Shown one piece after another: positions 25,968 to 38,923 of a stretch of 64,000 nucleotides of DNA (position 1 is its first letter; each line of letters starts with the position of its first letter). The notes beneath the pieces were generated by a model. It saw only the letters and a program-made list of their open reading frames with translations. It made no database searches and was not told the DNA's origin. The translations under genes were made by a program, and so were the position numbers. Origin of the DNA: Octopus bimaculoides (lineage: Eukaryota). The stretch lies in contig NC_068989.1 of the NCBI RefSeq assembly GCF_001194135.2, positions 12,905,589 to 12,969,588 of the forward strand, read 5' to 3'.

Positions 25968-26395
25968 TTCATTTCAGTCATATAACTGCGGTCATGCTGG
26001 AGCACTAAATTTAGTCGAACAAATCGACCCCAGAACTTATTCTATTTATTCTATCGGTTTCTTTTCCCGAACCGTTAAGTTACGGGTACGTAAAAACATC
26101 AACATTGGTTGTCAAGCGATGGTGGGCAGATAACTACAGACACACACACGCACACACATATTTTATTTATATTATTATTCAATTGAACGCCGTGCATCCA
26201 TTTCCAAGTAAGTATATATATATATATATATATATATGATGGGCTTCTTTCAGTTTCCGACGAACAAATCCACTCATAAGACTTTGGTTGGCGGGTGGTT
26301 ATAGTAGAATACGCTCAAGGTGCCACGCAGTGGGACTGAACTCGAAAACATGTTATTGGCAAGCAAGTTACTTGACACAGAGCTACTCCTGCGCC
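25968..26395 (-). mobile_element. SINE type A, full length
   Basis: Reverse complement of the type A head, internal CA/TA tract and tail. Confidence 0.85.
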
Positions 26396-26965
26396 TACAT
26401 ATATATTGAGAGAGCGAGTGAGAGGAGAGAAAGAGAGTCATTAACGTGTTTGTTTAAATAGGCCTTATATGTGCTTACCAACCATCATTACTGTATTATA
26501 TTTGCGCATTTCAATCAAAACTTTTAATTTTATGCAACTCTGCGTTCCTTATTTTGTCTTAGATTGATTAATTGCCACGAAAACATATGCTTATCCCAGT
26601 GAACCTCGTTGATGAGTATCGATGTGAACATTTTATCAAAGAATAAAAGAACATTTAGCCATAGATTCTGCGAAAAATAATTAACAATCCTCTGAGAGAA
26701 AAATGTTTTTCCGTTAAACTTTTACTTTAGAATCTTACCATAATTTGCCAAAACTAGCAGTAGTATTCCCGGATGTAGGACACAAAAACTAATTAAATAA
26801 ATGTAATTGGCATAATTAATATTCAATAATTAATATTCTCTAGTATTCTCTTAGAATTTAATTTCTGGAACTGCTCGACATATGTTCGTTTCGATTCAAT
26901 TTATAAAGAAAATCTTGACATCCTATCTTTTCTACACCATATACATACAATCACATACACACACG

Positions 26966-27027
<62 letters not shown>

Positions 27028-27665
27028 NNNNNNNNNNNNNNNNNNNNNNNNNNNNNNNNNNNNNNNNNNNNNNNNNNNNNNNNNNNNNNNNNNNNNNNNN
27101 NNNNNNNNNNNNNNNNNNNNNNNNNNNNNNNNNNNNNNNNNNNNNNNNNNNNNNNNNNNNNNNNNNNNNNNNNNNNNNNNNNNNNNNNNNNNNNNNNNNN
27201 NNNNNNNNNNNNNNNNNNNNNNNNNNNNNNNNNNNNNNNNNNNNNNNNNNNNNNNNNNNNNNNNNNNNNNNNNNNNNNNNNNNNNNNNNNNNNNNNNNNN
27301 NNNNNNNNNNNNNNNNNNNNNNNNNNNNNNNNNNNNNNNNNNNNNNNNNNNNNNNNNNNNNNNNNNNNNNNNNNNNNNNNNNNNNNNNNNNNNNNNNNNN
27401 NNNNNNNNNNNNNNNNNNNNNNNNNNNNNNNNNNNNNNNNNNNNNNNNNNNNNNNNNNNNNNNNNNNNNNNNNNNNNNNNNNNNNNNNNNNNNNNNNNNN
27501 NNNNNNNNNNNNNNNNNNNNNNNNNNNNNNNNNNNNNNNNNNNNNNNNNNNNNNNNNNNNNNNNNNNNNNNNNNNNNNNNNNNNNNNNNNNNNNNNNNNN
27601 NNNNNNNNNNNNNNNNNNNNNNNNNNNNNNNNNNNNNNNNNNNNNNNNNNNNNNNNNNNNNNNNA

Positions 27666-27832
27666 TATACGACGGGCTTCTTTCAGTTTCCGTCTACCAA
27701 TTCCACTCACAAGTCTTTGGTCGGCCCGAGGCTATAGCAGAAGACGCCTGCCCAAGGTGCCACGCAGTGGGACTGAACACGGAACCATGTGGTTCGTAAG
27801 CAAGCTACTTACCACACAGCCACTCCTACGTC
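27666..27832 (-). mobile_element. SINE type A 5' half; remainder probably in the N-gap 27028-27664
   Basis: Nearly identical to 9319-9482. Confidence 0.85.
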
Positions 27833-27836
27833 TTTT

Positions 27837-27873
<37 letters not shown>

Positions 27874-30199
27874 AAAGTACATATATATATACATATATAT
27901 GTGTGTGTATATGTGTGTATGTATGTAAATGTGTGTGTATACATGTTTGCACACACGTATCAAGATACGGATAGATAACTCTACTTCTTATGTTGCATGA
28001 AAATTAATATATTCAACGTTCTTGAATAGAATATGCCACTGTGTTTCCTTGAAGTTAAAATAAATTCGAACTAAAACCAAAAACCAAAAAAATACAGTTA
28101 GTAAAGGACAAATCTTATAAAATTCGGAGACTTCCATCTCTATTGAGAAAATAATCTTATATGAATGTCATTTAATATTTGAAACCGATCTAAATTTTGA
28201 ATAATATAGAAAATACATTCATTTTGTATTGCAATAAAATGCAAATATATATTTGCGAAAAAAAAAAAAATGCCCGGAAAATTATGTTCAAAAAAGAGAA
28301 ATTCTGGAAATGTTGATTAATTATGACATAAAGCATACCACTATGCAATGTCGTTCATCGAGAGTCGTCTTACGTAGTAATCATGACATGTGAAGCCTAG
28401 AGCAGGAAAAATAAGTTGAACCCTTTTGACTGTCAGTATATGATGTGTTGTGAATTCATCGCTTACAGCTCTGATTGGCAATCCAGCAATTTGGTTCCCA
28501 TGGTTCTTATATCCAGTTGTTTGTACATTTATAATGTTCAATTAATCCTTTTTAGAGAGATGAATTAATTTGACACATCGCATTAATTAAAATATTTTAA
28601 ATTTTCTCAAAGCATTTTTGCTTTAAACTAAAAGTTTGAATTTATTAAATAATACAAGAATACCAGCTCAGGGATGATTTTCAAACACCGTTAAATCTAG
28701 CAACGCAACTGAATCGTACATATTATGACACAGGATGTGAATTCGTGCTTTATGTCTGCAACGTTTCCAAAATTATAAACATGCAGTGGAAAATAAGTTC
28801 AAAGAATATTAAACTTCCTGTATCACAGTCAATTATATCAAAACATACAGTGACAGGTACCCCAAGCAATAATCAGGAGTTTTTTGTGTATTTTCATTAA
28901 TTGCCAACACATTTGATGAAGTAGCGTTTTTCTCTCTTACTAACATGTCAAGAAGAACCCAGATCTCTTGGATAAGATAATAATTTCCCGTAATTTTTTC
29001 TTGAAAAATGTAATTGTACTTGTACTTGAAGCTAGGAAATATCCGTCTCTTTCAGCACACTGACAATCTTTGTAACGCATGGTATATGCAAATATGCTTT
29101 CAAATGCACATATGTATAAATATGCATACACAATTCACACACAAACACACGTCTATATTTCTATGTAAACATTTGTATAAACATATGTATATACATATAC
29201 ATAAACACAGACACACATTCTGTTCCAGAGTTTTTCCAGTTTTCCCTAAAACGATTTCAGCAATATAAAATTTAGAGATTTTAAAAGAGAAAGATATTTA
29301 TATTCAACTTGTAGGGTCTCATCATAAGCTTTCCATTAATATAGAATTTATATTCTCAGTTAAATTAATGAAACATAAATTAATAACCTTAATAAATCAC
29401 TTGGTGGTATAAATATAGTAATTAACGTTTTGTTCAATACGCATTAATTATTAAAAATTACGTTATGCTAAATGCGCATTAATTTTTAAAAGTTACGTAT
29501 TATTAAAAGTTACGTTCAATACGTATTAATTATTTACATATCAGAAATTTACGTTGGGTTTAGCAAGGAGTTTGAGTATTGGAATTCATTAACAGAATAT
29601 ATTTTTTCTCACTGAACTACTTTCTTCATAATTAATTTATTGCTACAATTTCCTCTGTATCTGATCTCTCTCATTCTCTCTTCATTCCTCTCACTCTGTC
29701 ACCCGCAATATCTTTCATTTTCAATATTCTTCGCATTCATTGATGGAAAAAATTATTTTGTGATTAAGAATATTTCTTATAAATACTAGGATCGGTCTAT
29801 GGTCCTATGGAGTGCTACATACTTTTGAAAGATTGAATAAAATCTGAGACTTTTCGGTGACGTTTCTGAGAGAGATGGTCTGTGAAAGCCAAACTATATG
29901 GTAGTCTAAACTCGTTGAACACTTACACATGATTGATTCCCCTTTGTTGTCACCAATGAGCCCGAGTCTTTTCCATAACCTAGCTTTTCTAAGCTCCTCC
30001 TATGTGGGTGAGTATCTATCATTGATCATTTATATTTTACACACTTCAGTCATTTCACCGCGGTCATCACAGGACACTACATTGAAGGCTTTCTAAAGTA
30101 AATTGAGCTGAATACTTATTTTAAATCGTGGTACATGTTGACTTTGTGTAGGCTCCCGCTAAATTTAAGGGGTGAAAACACAAAAACAATACCGGTTTA

Positions 30200-30500
30200 T
30201 TAACCACAATGTGTCTTTTACTATGGCCTTGGGCCGACCAAAGCCTTGTGTGTGGATTTGGTAGACGGAAACTAAAGGAAGCATATTTTTATGTGTGTCT
30301 CTTTCTGTCTGTTTTTGTTCCACCAGCATCGCTTGACCCCCGACATTGGTGTCTGTAAGTCTCCGTAACTTAGCGGCTCGGCAAGAGACCGATACAATAA
30401 ATACCATGCGTACAAAGAGTAAGTCCTGGGGTGAATTTCTTCCACTAAAAGGCGGTGCTCCAGCATGGCCGTAGTCAAACAACTGAAACAAATAAAAGAA
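30200..30500 (+). mobile_element. 5'-truncated SINE type A
   Basis: GGGCCGACCAAAGCCTTGTG...GGCGGTGCTCCAGCATGGCCGTAGTCAA. A reverse-oriented tail remnant also lies at about 30045-30110. Confidence 0.8.
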
Positions 30501-31730
30501 TGCAAACGGCACATACACGCACGAACACACAGACATAAACATAGGTGCACAATACATATGTAGCTATGTGTGTGTATGTTTGTGTGTGTGGATTTTTGAG
30601 TGTGTGTATGTGTGTGTGTATGTGTATGTGCGTGTGTGTATGTGTGTGTGTGTGTATGTGTGTGTGTGTGTGTGTGGGGGGGTGTAGTCGTCATGCGTAA
30701 ATAACATACTTGAGAGTTTAGACTTATCTCTGGATGAAAATAAAATGAATGGGGATATTTGAGGAGGTGAGAAAAAAAATCTAACTTGGAGATCTGACTT
30801 GTGTCAATGGTCTCTCTCAAGCCGAACAGGTATATATATATATATTTATATATATGTATGTATATATCTTTATTTATATATATATATATATCTTTGTGTG
30901 TGCATCTATATGTATCTTAGTATCTTTCTTTATATATCCTGCTGCAGCTGAAAGGAATAAACGATGATTTGTGATGACCAAAATGGCAATAGTGTGAACA
31001 TAATGGGTTGCTTGAGAATAGCCATATGTCTGAATGTCTAAAACGGCTTAAAGCAAAGTGGCTGCAGTTAAAACATTTTATACAGACTCTTTATTGATTT
31101 GCGAAAATTTCTCTCATAATCACTTTGGACCCTTCTGCATTGTCTGGCATTGATGACTATTTGGTGACTCTTAATGCTTCTTAAATGACCCAATATTCAT
31201 TTTTTTCCCATGTAACACTTGAAACGAGCTACATTCTTTTTATCGGAATGCTTATATGCTTACATAATCATAAAAAATGTATTGCCATCGTATTTCACCG
31301 TTTCTCTGCATGTATCTACAATTATATATATATATATGTTCGTGTGTGTGTGTATGTGTGTGTGTGTGTGTGTGTATGTGCAAGTGGAGGAATAAGTCTA
31401 TGTACGTGTGCGTTTATGTTTTGCGCCTGCTGCCTAGAGATCACATAAATTGCTGTGCCATCAATGTGATCAGGGGAAGTTCGAATTCTTCGGTTCCCAT
31501 TGTAGTTCATTATTTTCCGTCATACATGAAAAAGCCGTACCAAAATTGAAACTACTGTAACCGCACAAACCATTCAGCAATTATTTTTAGTATTTTCATT
31601 CACTCAGCTTTAGTTTCAGTATATGTATCTAGCCGAATCCACAGTAATTTTTTTTTCTAAATTTTCTCTTGTCTATGATTTTCTACCTATGTTCGTATGT
31701 CTGACGCTCGCAGTAGGACATAATGCCCAC

Positions 31731-31808
31731 GGGCATATGGCGTAGTGGTTAAGAGCGCAGGCTACTGACCCCAAGATTCCGAGTTCGATTCCAAGCTGTG
31801 ACCTGAAA

Positions 31809-31861
<53 letters not shown>

Positions 31862-32020
31862 CATCGAAAAATACCTTAGGAATGAGAACCCAGGTTCGAA
31901 ATTTCCCCCAAGACACCTGAAGAAGGCTGGAGGGTATGTCAGCCGAAACGTTGTGTTAACAACAAAGAAGCTGAGGACAAATATCCGTCGAATGTAAATA
32001 ATGTAAACAATGTAAATAAT
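31731..32020 (+). mobile_element. SINE type D: tRNA-like head, internal (TAA)n, hammerhead-containing 3' module
   Basis: A-box TGGCGTAGTGG at 31738-31748, B-box GAGTTCGATTCC at 31781-31792, (AAT)n at about 31809-31859, unique 3' module from 31860, and tail AATGTAAATAATGTAAACAATGTAAATAAT. Confidence 0.75.
31912..31957 (+). ncRNA. Minimal type I hammerhead ribozyme motif (Penelope-type, palindromic ACGU in place of stem III)
   Basis: GACAC (stem I), CUGAAGA core, extra A, GGCUG, loop GAGGGUAUGU, CAGCC (stem II), GAAA, CG-U-U, GUGUU (stem I partner). Both stems pair; predicted cleavage is 3' of U31952. Confidence 0.7.
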
Positions 32021-33169
32021 AATGGGATTAGTTAAAGTCGTATAACACTCCCCCCTTTCTGGAAGTAATGCACACTGTTATTTTCAAGTCACAATTTCCC
32101 ATGCCTTTGATATTGTAGGCTTCTACTGCCATTTGTGTTGCCCTGAGGCTGCCCTCAATTCAACAAGCAGGTGTTTTATCAAATATAACTATTCCAGGCT
32201 GTTGTTGCATCGTTTTGATTATATTGATTTAAAAAATACTGCTTCCAATATTTGTTTCCAAAGCATTTTCTTTCAACTAGCACAGTTAACAGAATAGGAC
32301 ACATATTGTCAAAGGGGAGAAGCATTTAGCCACACCATAAACTAGCCATAGAAGCCAACAATTAGACATCATGAAGCAACAATTCTTCCATTCCCATCAC
32401 ATTTTCCTCATATATACAGCTACCACACCCACTTGACAAGAGATCCTCGACCTTCTGGAAATAGTTGTTAATGAAAATCTCATAATTTAGTTCCTTAAAT
32501 GGAGAATATCGTCCTAAATATCTATATATTCTTAGGTTAGTTATGAGTGGAACCTCATTGTTCAAATATCGCTTTGGGTTAAAAGAAACAATAGCTACGA
32601 CTAAATAATTACAGACATAGACGATATAATAGAAAGAAAGTTTTTTTTTCTTTGTTTTCATAAACATCACACGGAGGCCAATATGCCTGGTGGCATGAAA
32701 CACGATTTTGCTAACTGTTTTCGAAGCCTGTACAGTTGAATGCGAGTATAGATACAAAAACCTTCTTTCTGAAATACTAGAGAAAAAGTTAAAGCTGTAG
32801 CAACAGTTGCTGGTACGCAATTTTCAAGGACATAATGCAGAACCCAGTTCACGTGTGAAATTGTTAACCATGATTTTGTATGTTCATCTGCCTAACATCT
32901 TGGACAATTTCTTTCCTATTCTATGCGTCTACAACCATACATGTCATCACTTCACGTTGGAATGTGAATTTTGGTCTTCAGCCAACCATAAGTTAGGTAT
33001 TTATGAAACAGTGGATTTGTAGATTGTGACTAGTTGTTTAGCGTGAATACGCTTGTCTAGTCATTCTGGAGACTACTTCGTGCATGAGGAGTTTTCTATC
33101 AGAACTCATCTACGAATTCAAGACGCATACAACAAATGAACTGTTGTCATTCATTTACTTTACATAACT

Positions 33170-34170
33170 GGCTTCAAATTTTGACACAAATGCTGCAAAG
33201 GAGAGTAGAATAGTTGATTACATCAACCCTGCTGCTCAAATAGTACTAAGTTTATTAGGCGCAACAAGACGAACTGTATAGTCGTCTTCGGTGGAACTTG
33301 AACTCAGAAAGTAATAAGCCGGAAAAAGGGCGCTAAGCACTTTGTTGGACACACTAGCGATTCTGCCAGATTTATGCTTTTTATAATAGTGTGAAATTTG
33401 GTACAAAGCCAGATATTTTAGGGAGATGTGATTACGTAACTACATAAACCACGGTGTTTTACTGGAACTTATTTTAACAACCCCGAAAGGTTAGAAGGCA
33501 AGATCGGCTTCGGTGGAATTTTAACTCAAAACGTAAAATGCCGGAAGAAATGTCATTATGTATTTTGTCCAATGCATTAACAATTATCTCAGTTTACCTA
33601 TTTAAATATTTGACATCAATAAATGTTATTCAGATTTCGTGGAATATTATTCAGATTTCAAGTTATAAATTTCAGCTCAATTTGTGTTGTGGTGTAGATG
33701 CTACAGTCTTAATATCAGAAAGATCTGGAAGCCTATGAGTTGGCAGAGACGTTAGCACGCCGGGCGAAATGCTTAGTAGTATTTCGTCTGCCTTTACGTC
33801 CTGAGTTCAAATTCCGCCGAGGTCGATTTGCCCTTCATCGTTTCGGGGTCGATAAATTAAGTACCAGTTACGCACTGGGATCGATGTAATTGTTTATTTC
33901 CTATCGCCACAAAATCTAATGCCCCTAAATGACAAAAGACAGCTCATATTTTATGTAAGGCTTTCGGAGTCGATAACACAGCGGGTAAAATCCCCTGCGG
34001 TATTTCGTCTCTCCTTACGTTCTGAGATCAAATTCCGCCGAGGATGAATTTACCATTCATCATTTAAGGGTCGATAAAATAATTCCCACTCAAGCACTGG
34101 GATCGATGTAATGGTCTTACACTCTCTCCCAAAATTGCTGGCATTGTGCCAAAATTTGAACCAATGTATA
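33170..34170. mobile_element. Cluster of four SINE type B copies: two minus (33170-33375, 33395-33570) then two plus (33735-33900, 33985-34170)
   Basis: Core motif and GAGTTCAA-like B-box are visible in each copy. Confidence 0.7.
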
Positions 34171-34483
34171 TTATAATCACGACTGTAATACTTCCAATAT
34201 GCAGTCTTAGACACGATTTAGAAATTGTGAATGCTAATTATATAAAACGAAACGCTCTACTTTCCTCTATACGAGTGATTGCGGTATATAAGCTGAGATT
34301 ATTACGAAAATTTCGCTTCTTATTTCTTCCCATCAAATTATATCTTGAAATTTTAAATAGATGTGCGGGAGAATGTGAATTTGCAGTTATTAGTTACCCG
34401 CTCCATCCGAGTAATTTATCTTTAGTGAAATCTTAATTTCCTTAAAGCAATCTAGCTTGTTAGCTCGTACAAGCACACACAGT

Positions 34484-34552
<69 letters not shown>

Positions 34553-34851
34553 CACATACCTACGTACATACATACGTATAACGATGTGTGTGTATGCCTG
34601 TACTATAAGTTTAACTCTATCTGGAGATCTCTAAACTTAACGTCCTTTACAGAAGATAGGCGCCATTACCTTGTGAATGGATAATCATGTTGTATCAAGT
34701 TTCGTTAATGTTATGAGATCATTTTAATCTCCTATATTTTAGCATTAATATGCTATCCAAGCGCACTGATAATCAAACTATCTGAAGTTGAATTACCAAG
34801 AATGTCGAGCAGTATACATTGATAGGTATACATAAAATATTTATTGGCCGT

Positions 34852-35047
34852 AAATTTTGGCACACGGCCAGAAATTTTGAGGGAGGGCTTAAATTGATTA
34901 CATCGACCCTAGTGCTTAACTGGTACTCATTTTACCGATCCCGAAAGGAAGAAAGGAAAGTCCAGCTCAAAGGAATTTGAACTCAGAGCATAAAGACGGA
35001 TGAAATACCTCTTAGCATTTTCCCCGGCAAGTTCAACATTCTGCCAT
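34852..35047 (-). mobile_element. SINE type B
   Basis: AAATTTTGGCAC...TACATCGACCC...GGAATTTGAACTCAG...TTAGCATTT. Confidence 0.8.
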
Positions 35048-35144
35048 TTTCTGAGCTTTTGAAATTCTTTCGCAACATTATTAAGAACGCAAGGGATACT
35101 CATATCAAATTATCATTATTGTTATTATTATTATTATTATTATT

Positions 35145-36105
35145 CAGTAGTTTTATTTTTATAACGTGCTTTCACTTCACTACCGAGCGCAGCTCTGTGC
35201 GCCTTGGGTATGTGCTGTGGTTTGCTGTGGTGCTCTTATGTTTACTGTATTGAAAGTGTTTTGCGTAGAATGTGTGCAGTACCCAGTAGTGCAATTTTCT
35301 GTATGTTATATATATTTGTAAGTCCTGGTGTTTTTGTTATGTATTTGTCTGAATATTTTTTTATTATACCTAAGGCACCTACTATGATAGGAATTGTTTC
35401 TGTTTTTAGATTCCACATTCGAGTTATCTCTATTTCCAGGTCTTTGTATTTTGAAAGTTTTTCNNNNNNNNNNNNNNNNNNNNNNNNNNNNNNNNNNNNN
35501 NNNNNNNNNNNNNNNNNNNNNNNNNNNNNNNNNNNNNNNNNNNNNNNNNNNNNNNNNNNNNNNNNNNNNNNNNNNNNNNNNNNNNNNNNNNNNNNNNNNN
35601 NNNNNNNNNNNNNNNNNNNNNNNNNNNNNNNNNNNNNNNNNNNNNNNNNNNNNNNNNNNNNNNNNNNNNNNNNNNNNNNNNNNNNNNNNNNNNNNNNNNN
35701 NNNNNNNNNNNNNNNNNNNNNNNNNNNNNNNNNNNNNNNNNNNNNNNNNNNNNNNNNNNNNNNNNNNNNNNNNNNNNNNNNNNNNNNNNNNNNNNNNNNN
35801 NNNNNNNNNNNNNNNNNNNNNNNNNNNNNNNNNNNNNNNNNNNNNNNNNNNNNNNNNNNNNNNNNNNNNNNNNNNNNNTATCATGGTCCGTTGCTGTTCT
35901 AGTTTTAGTTTGGATTTCATTTGTTTTATAGCTTTTGTTGTTTCTTCTTCTTCTTCTTCGTATTTGTTAGGTAGATTGATTTCTTGTTTGTATTTGTCAG
36001 CTTCCTTAAATACTGAAAACAGTTTTTTGTTTTGCTCGTGTTTTGTGGCTATTTGTATTAGTTTCCCTTGCTTCTGGAGTAGGTATTTTTGCAGTCCTAT
36101 GGTGG
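35145..36105 (-). mobile_element. 5'-truncated Dong/R4-like non-LTR retrotransposon embedded in (TAA)n
   Basis: Minus-strand 35463-35242 translates without stops to EKLSKYKDLEIEITRMWNLKTETIPIIVGALGIIKKYSDKYITKTPGLTNIYNIQKIALLGTAHILRKTLSIQ* (REL C-terminus). A ~97-bp 3' UTR ends in CTACTG-AATAATAAT. TTA arrays lie at 35115-35144 and 36106-36163; N-gap at 35464-35878. Confidence 0.88.
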
Positions 36106-36108
36106 TTA

Positions 36109-36163
<55 letters not shown>

Positions 36164-36165
<2 letters not shown>

Positions 36166-36386
36166 GGCGGCGAGCTGGCGGAATCTTTAGCGCGCGCGCT
36201 GGACGAAATGTTTAACGGTAATTCGACCGTCGATACTTCACCTGCTGATATTTATTCCGCCGAGGTCGACTTTGCTTTTCATCCTTTTGATGTCGATAAA
36301 TTAAGCACCAGTTAAACACTGGGGTCGATGCAACTGACTTTGTCCCCTCTCCGTAAATTCTAGGCCTTGTGCCTACAATAGAAAGG

Positions 36387-36387
<1 letters not shown>
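36164..36387 (+). mobile_element. Full-length SINE type B flanked by (TTA)n on both sides
   Basis: AAGGCGGCGAGCTGGCGGAATC...GGCCTTGTGCCTACAATAGAAAGG, followed by (ATT)n and (TCA)n to 36505. Confidence 0.85.
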
Positions 36388-36481
<94 letters not shown>

Positions 36482-37245
36482 CATCATCATCATCATCATC
36501 ATCATTACTTTGCCGCTGATATTTATTTTTCCTGTGCGTAATATGACTTCGCATGCTTTTAATTAAAATGATTTCTCTGAAGTTTAAATAAGTCTGGTAT
36601 TACATTTCAAGTAGACTTCGAAAAATAAATTTTCAATCGTGTTAATAAAACACATCTAAACAAACGCAGCACTATCTAAGCCATCGGTGCGTTTTGTCCG
36701 AGACATAGTTTCCATTGCAGGTTCAATGATCTTCACGTTTTATTACATAAGTGAATCTGCAGTCAAAGTGAATAACGTCTACATCGTTTGACTAAATCAT
36801 CGCATAAAGTATAATGCCATTGTGTAAGTGGTAATTAGTTTGTTTTACGTCACATTAGAAGTTTATGCGATATTTTCCTACGTTTACTGTTCTAAAGCTT
36901 TTTATATATTCTCCATTTCATTAATTTTAACATTCTTGTGTCAGACTACATTCTAATACTTTTCCATGCATTGTTGAATTTAAAGCTTTCATTTTACTAT
37001 AACAATTCAACCATAACTCAGGTTAAGTGAAAAAAATTTTTTTCAGACAACCATCTTGCATAATTAGCAGTTGGATAAGTTTGTGGTTTTCTTATTTACA
37101 TTTATTTCAGCGTCAGCGTGAACGCGTTTATCTCTTTATACCAAACCATAAAACCAAGATATTATATATACACACGTTTTCTTTATCCTACCGCGGACAC
37201 TTTTCTTGTTCATGAATACATATATAAGCCGATGCGGAACCAAGT

Positions 37246-37456
37246 GCGGCGAATTGGCAGCAACGTTAATATGCCGAGCAAAATGCTTAGCAGTATATCG
37301 TCTGCCGTTACGTTCCGTGTTCAAATTCCGCCGAGGTCGACTTTTCCTTTCATCCTTTCGGGCTCGATAAATTGAGTACCAGTTCCGTACTGGGGTCGAC
37401 CTGATCAACTGCATCCTCCCCCAAATTGTCGGGCCTTCTGCCTAGAGTAGAAAAAT
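37246..37456 (+). mobile_element. Full-length SINE type B
   Basis: GCGGCGAATTGGCAG...GTGTTCAAATTCCGCCGAGGTCGAC...GGCCTTCTGCCTAGAGTAGAAAA. Confidence 0.85.
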
Positions 37457-38010
37457 ATATCTCGGAATGGGTGTGTTGTACGCATGCGGGGGCTCAATGT
37501 GTGTAGCTATATTTATTTAGGTCTATGCGTATTATAATGATGTATGCACATATTCATATATATTAGCATATCATTGGTATGTAAACAACGTACTAGGTAG
37601 TCGATATAATCGTCTGAGTTCGTTCTTATAACAATGGGACATAATTACACACGTTTCTTATAGGTCTCTGCGAGGACATCTATAATTTTCATAATTGTGT
37701 ATTTACTTTCCACCTCAGACTGGCTAATTAGCACAAAACTATACACGACACACAAACTCACACATGCAATCAAATGCATAAGCAAATATATACAAACATA
37801 ATTTCTACATATGCAAACACATGCACGGAGAAATACATGCACTTAAATGTGTATACATGCATACAAGCATACACGCACAGACACATACACACATATATAT
37901 ATATACACACACACATGTGTGCGTCTTTGTGTGTGTGAGTATCTATGTATATATTGATGTAATATGAATTCGATAATGAACATTCACACACACAGTCACA
38001 TATATTTATT

Positions 38011-38053
<43 letters not shown>

Positions 38054-38923
38054 ACACACACACAAACACACACACATATATGTATTCATAAGTTGATGTG
38101 AAGCAGGAATTGGAGCACACGGGATGTTTATTCCTATTCACTACAATTGTTTCTGCTCATTCTGTACCTGTACAGCACAGGTGGTATGCTCTACAATCAA
38201 TTATCTTGTATCACAGGTGAAGACTACATCCCCTGAGGTGAGTTTTTAAACTAGTATTTCGTTCTTTCTTCTCTTCATTTCACACAGTTCAATTAAGAAA
38301 TAGCTTTGGGAAGCCTGCTATATCCGTAACATATACATCGCTACGGATGTTCATATAAAGTTGCCAATAATAGTGGACAGGGTTTATACGCGAATATAAA
38401 AATGATTTTAACTAATACATATTTATATAAGATGGCAGGTAAGGTTATGTAAGTCGATGTAAGTGCCACGGAAGGACTGCTGTTAAGCTCTCGGCTTGAT
38501 AATAGCATGAGTGAGGAGTCTAAGGCATGTTGTATGTGATCGTGTATATGTTAAAAAAAAGTAAGATAACAAAGGCCAATCAATTTGATATTACTAGGGC
38601 ATTTGTAAATGTCCTAGGAATATCAAATTGCCTTGCCCCTGTTATTTTATTTTACTTAATACACACGCGCGCGCACACACAGACATACACACACACACGT
38701 ATATATATACATATACAAATAGGCACGATGGGTAAATTACCACCATCTTATACATTTGATTTCGCGCATAAGCCTTGATGGTTTTTGCTTTTGTCAACTT
38801 CAAAGTATGGTAGGGTCCATTGAGAAAAAAAAAATAGCATTGTCACGCAATTCAATCTGCTAGAAATTTGGAAACTACATTCTGTACAGCTTGGCATTTG
38901 CGCCGAAAGTTCTTTGTAACATC

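Noticed and set aside
28374-28396. 23-nt minus-strand micro-exon (GFTCHDYY)
   Set aside because: Good splice signals, but no homology or neighbouring exons to support it.
31731-31803. Possible tRNA gene (also 60402-60480 and 61438-61510)
   Set aside because: A and B boxes are present, but there is no complete acceptor stem or cloverleaf and the sequence continues into SINE bodies.
32040-33050. 152-aa minus-strand ORF (32362-32820) and faint REL-like words (PGIVIFDK; QYAWWH)
   Set aside because: The hints lie on opposite strands and are too weak to call.
38217-38237. 21-nt plus-strand micro-exon (CAG|...|GTGAGT)
   Set aside because: Such splice-like pairs are expected by chance in 64 kb, and no partner exons were identified.
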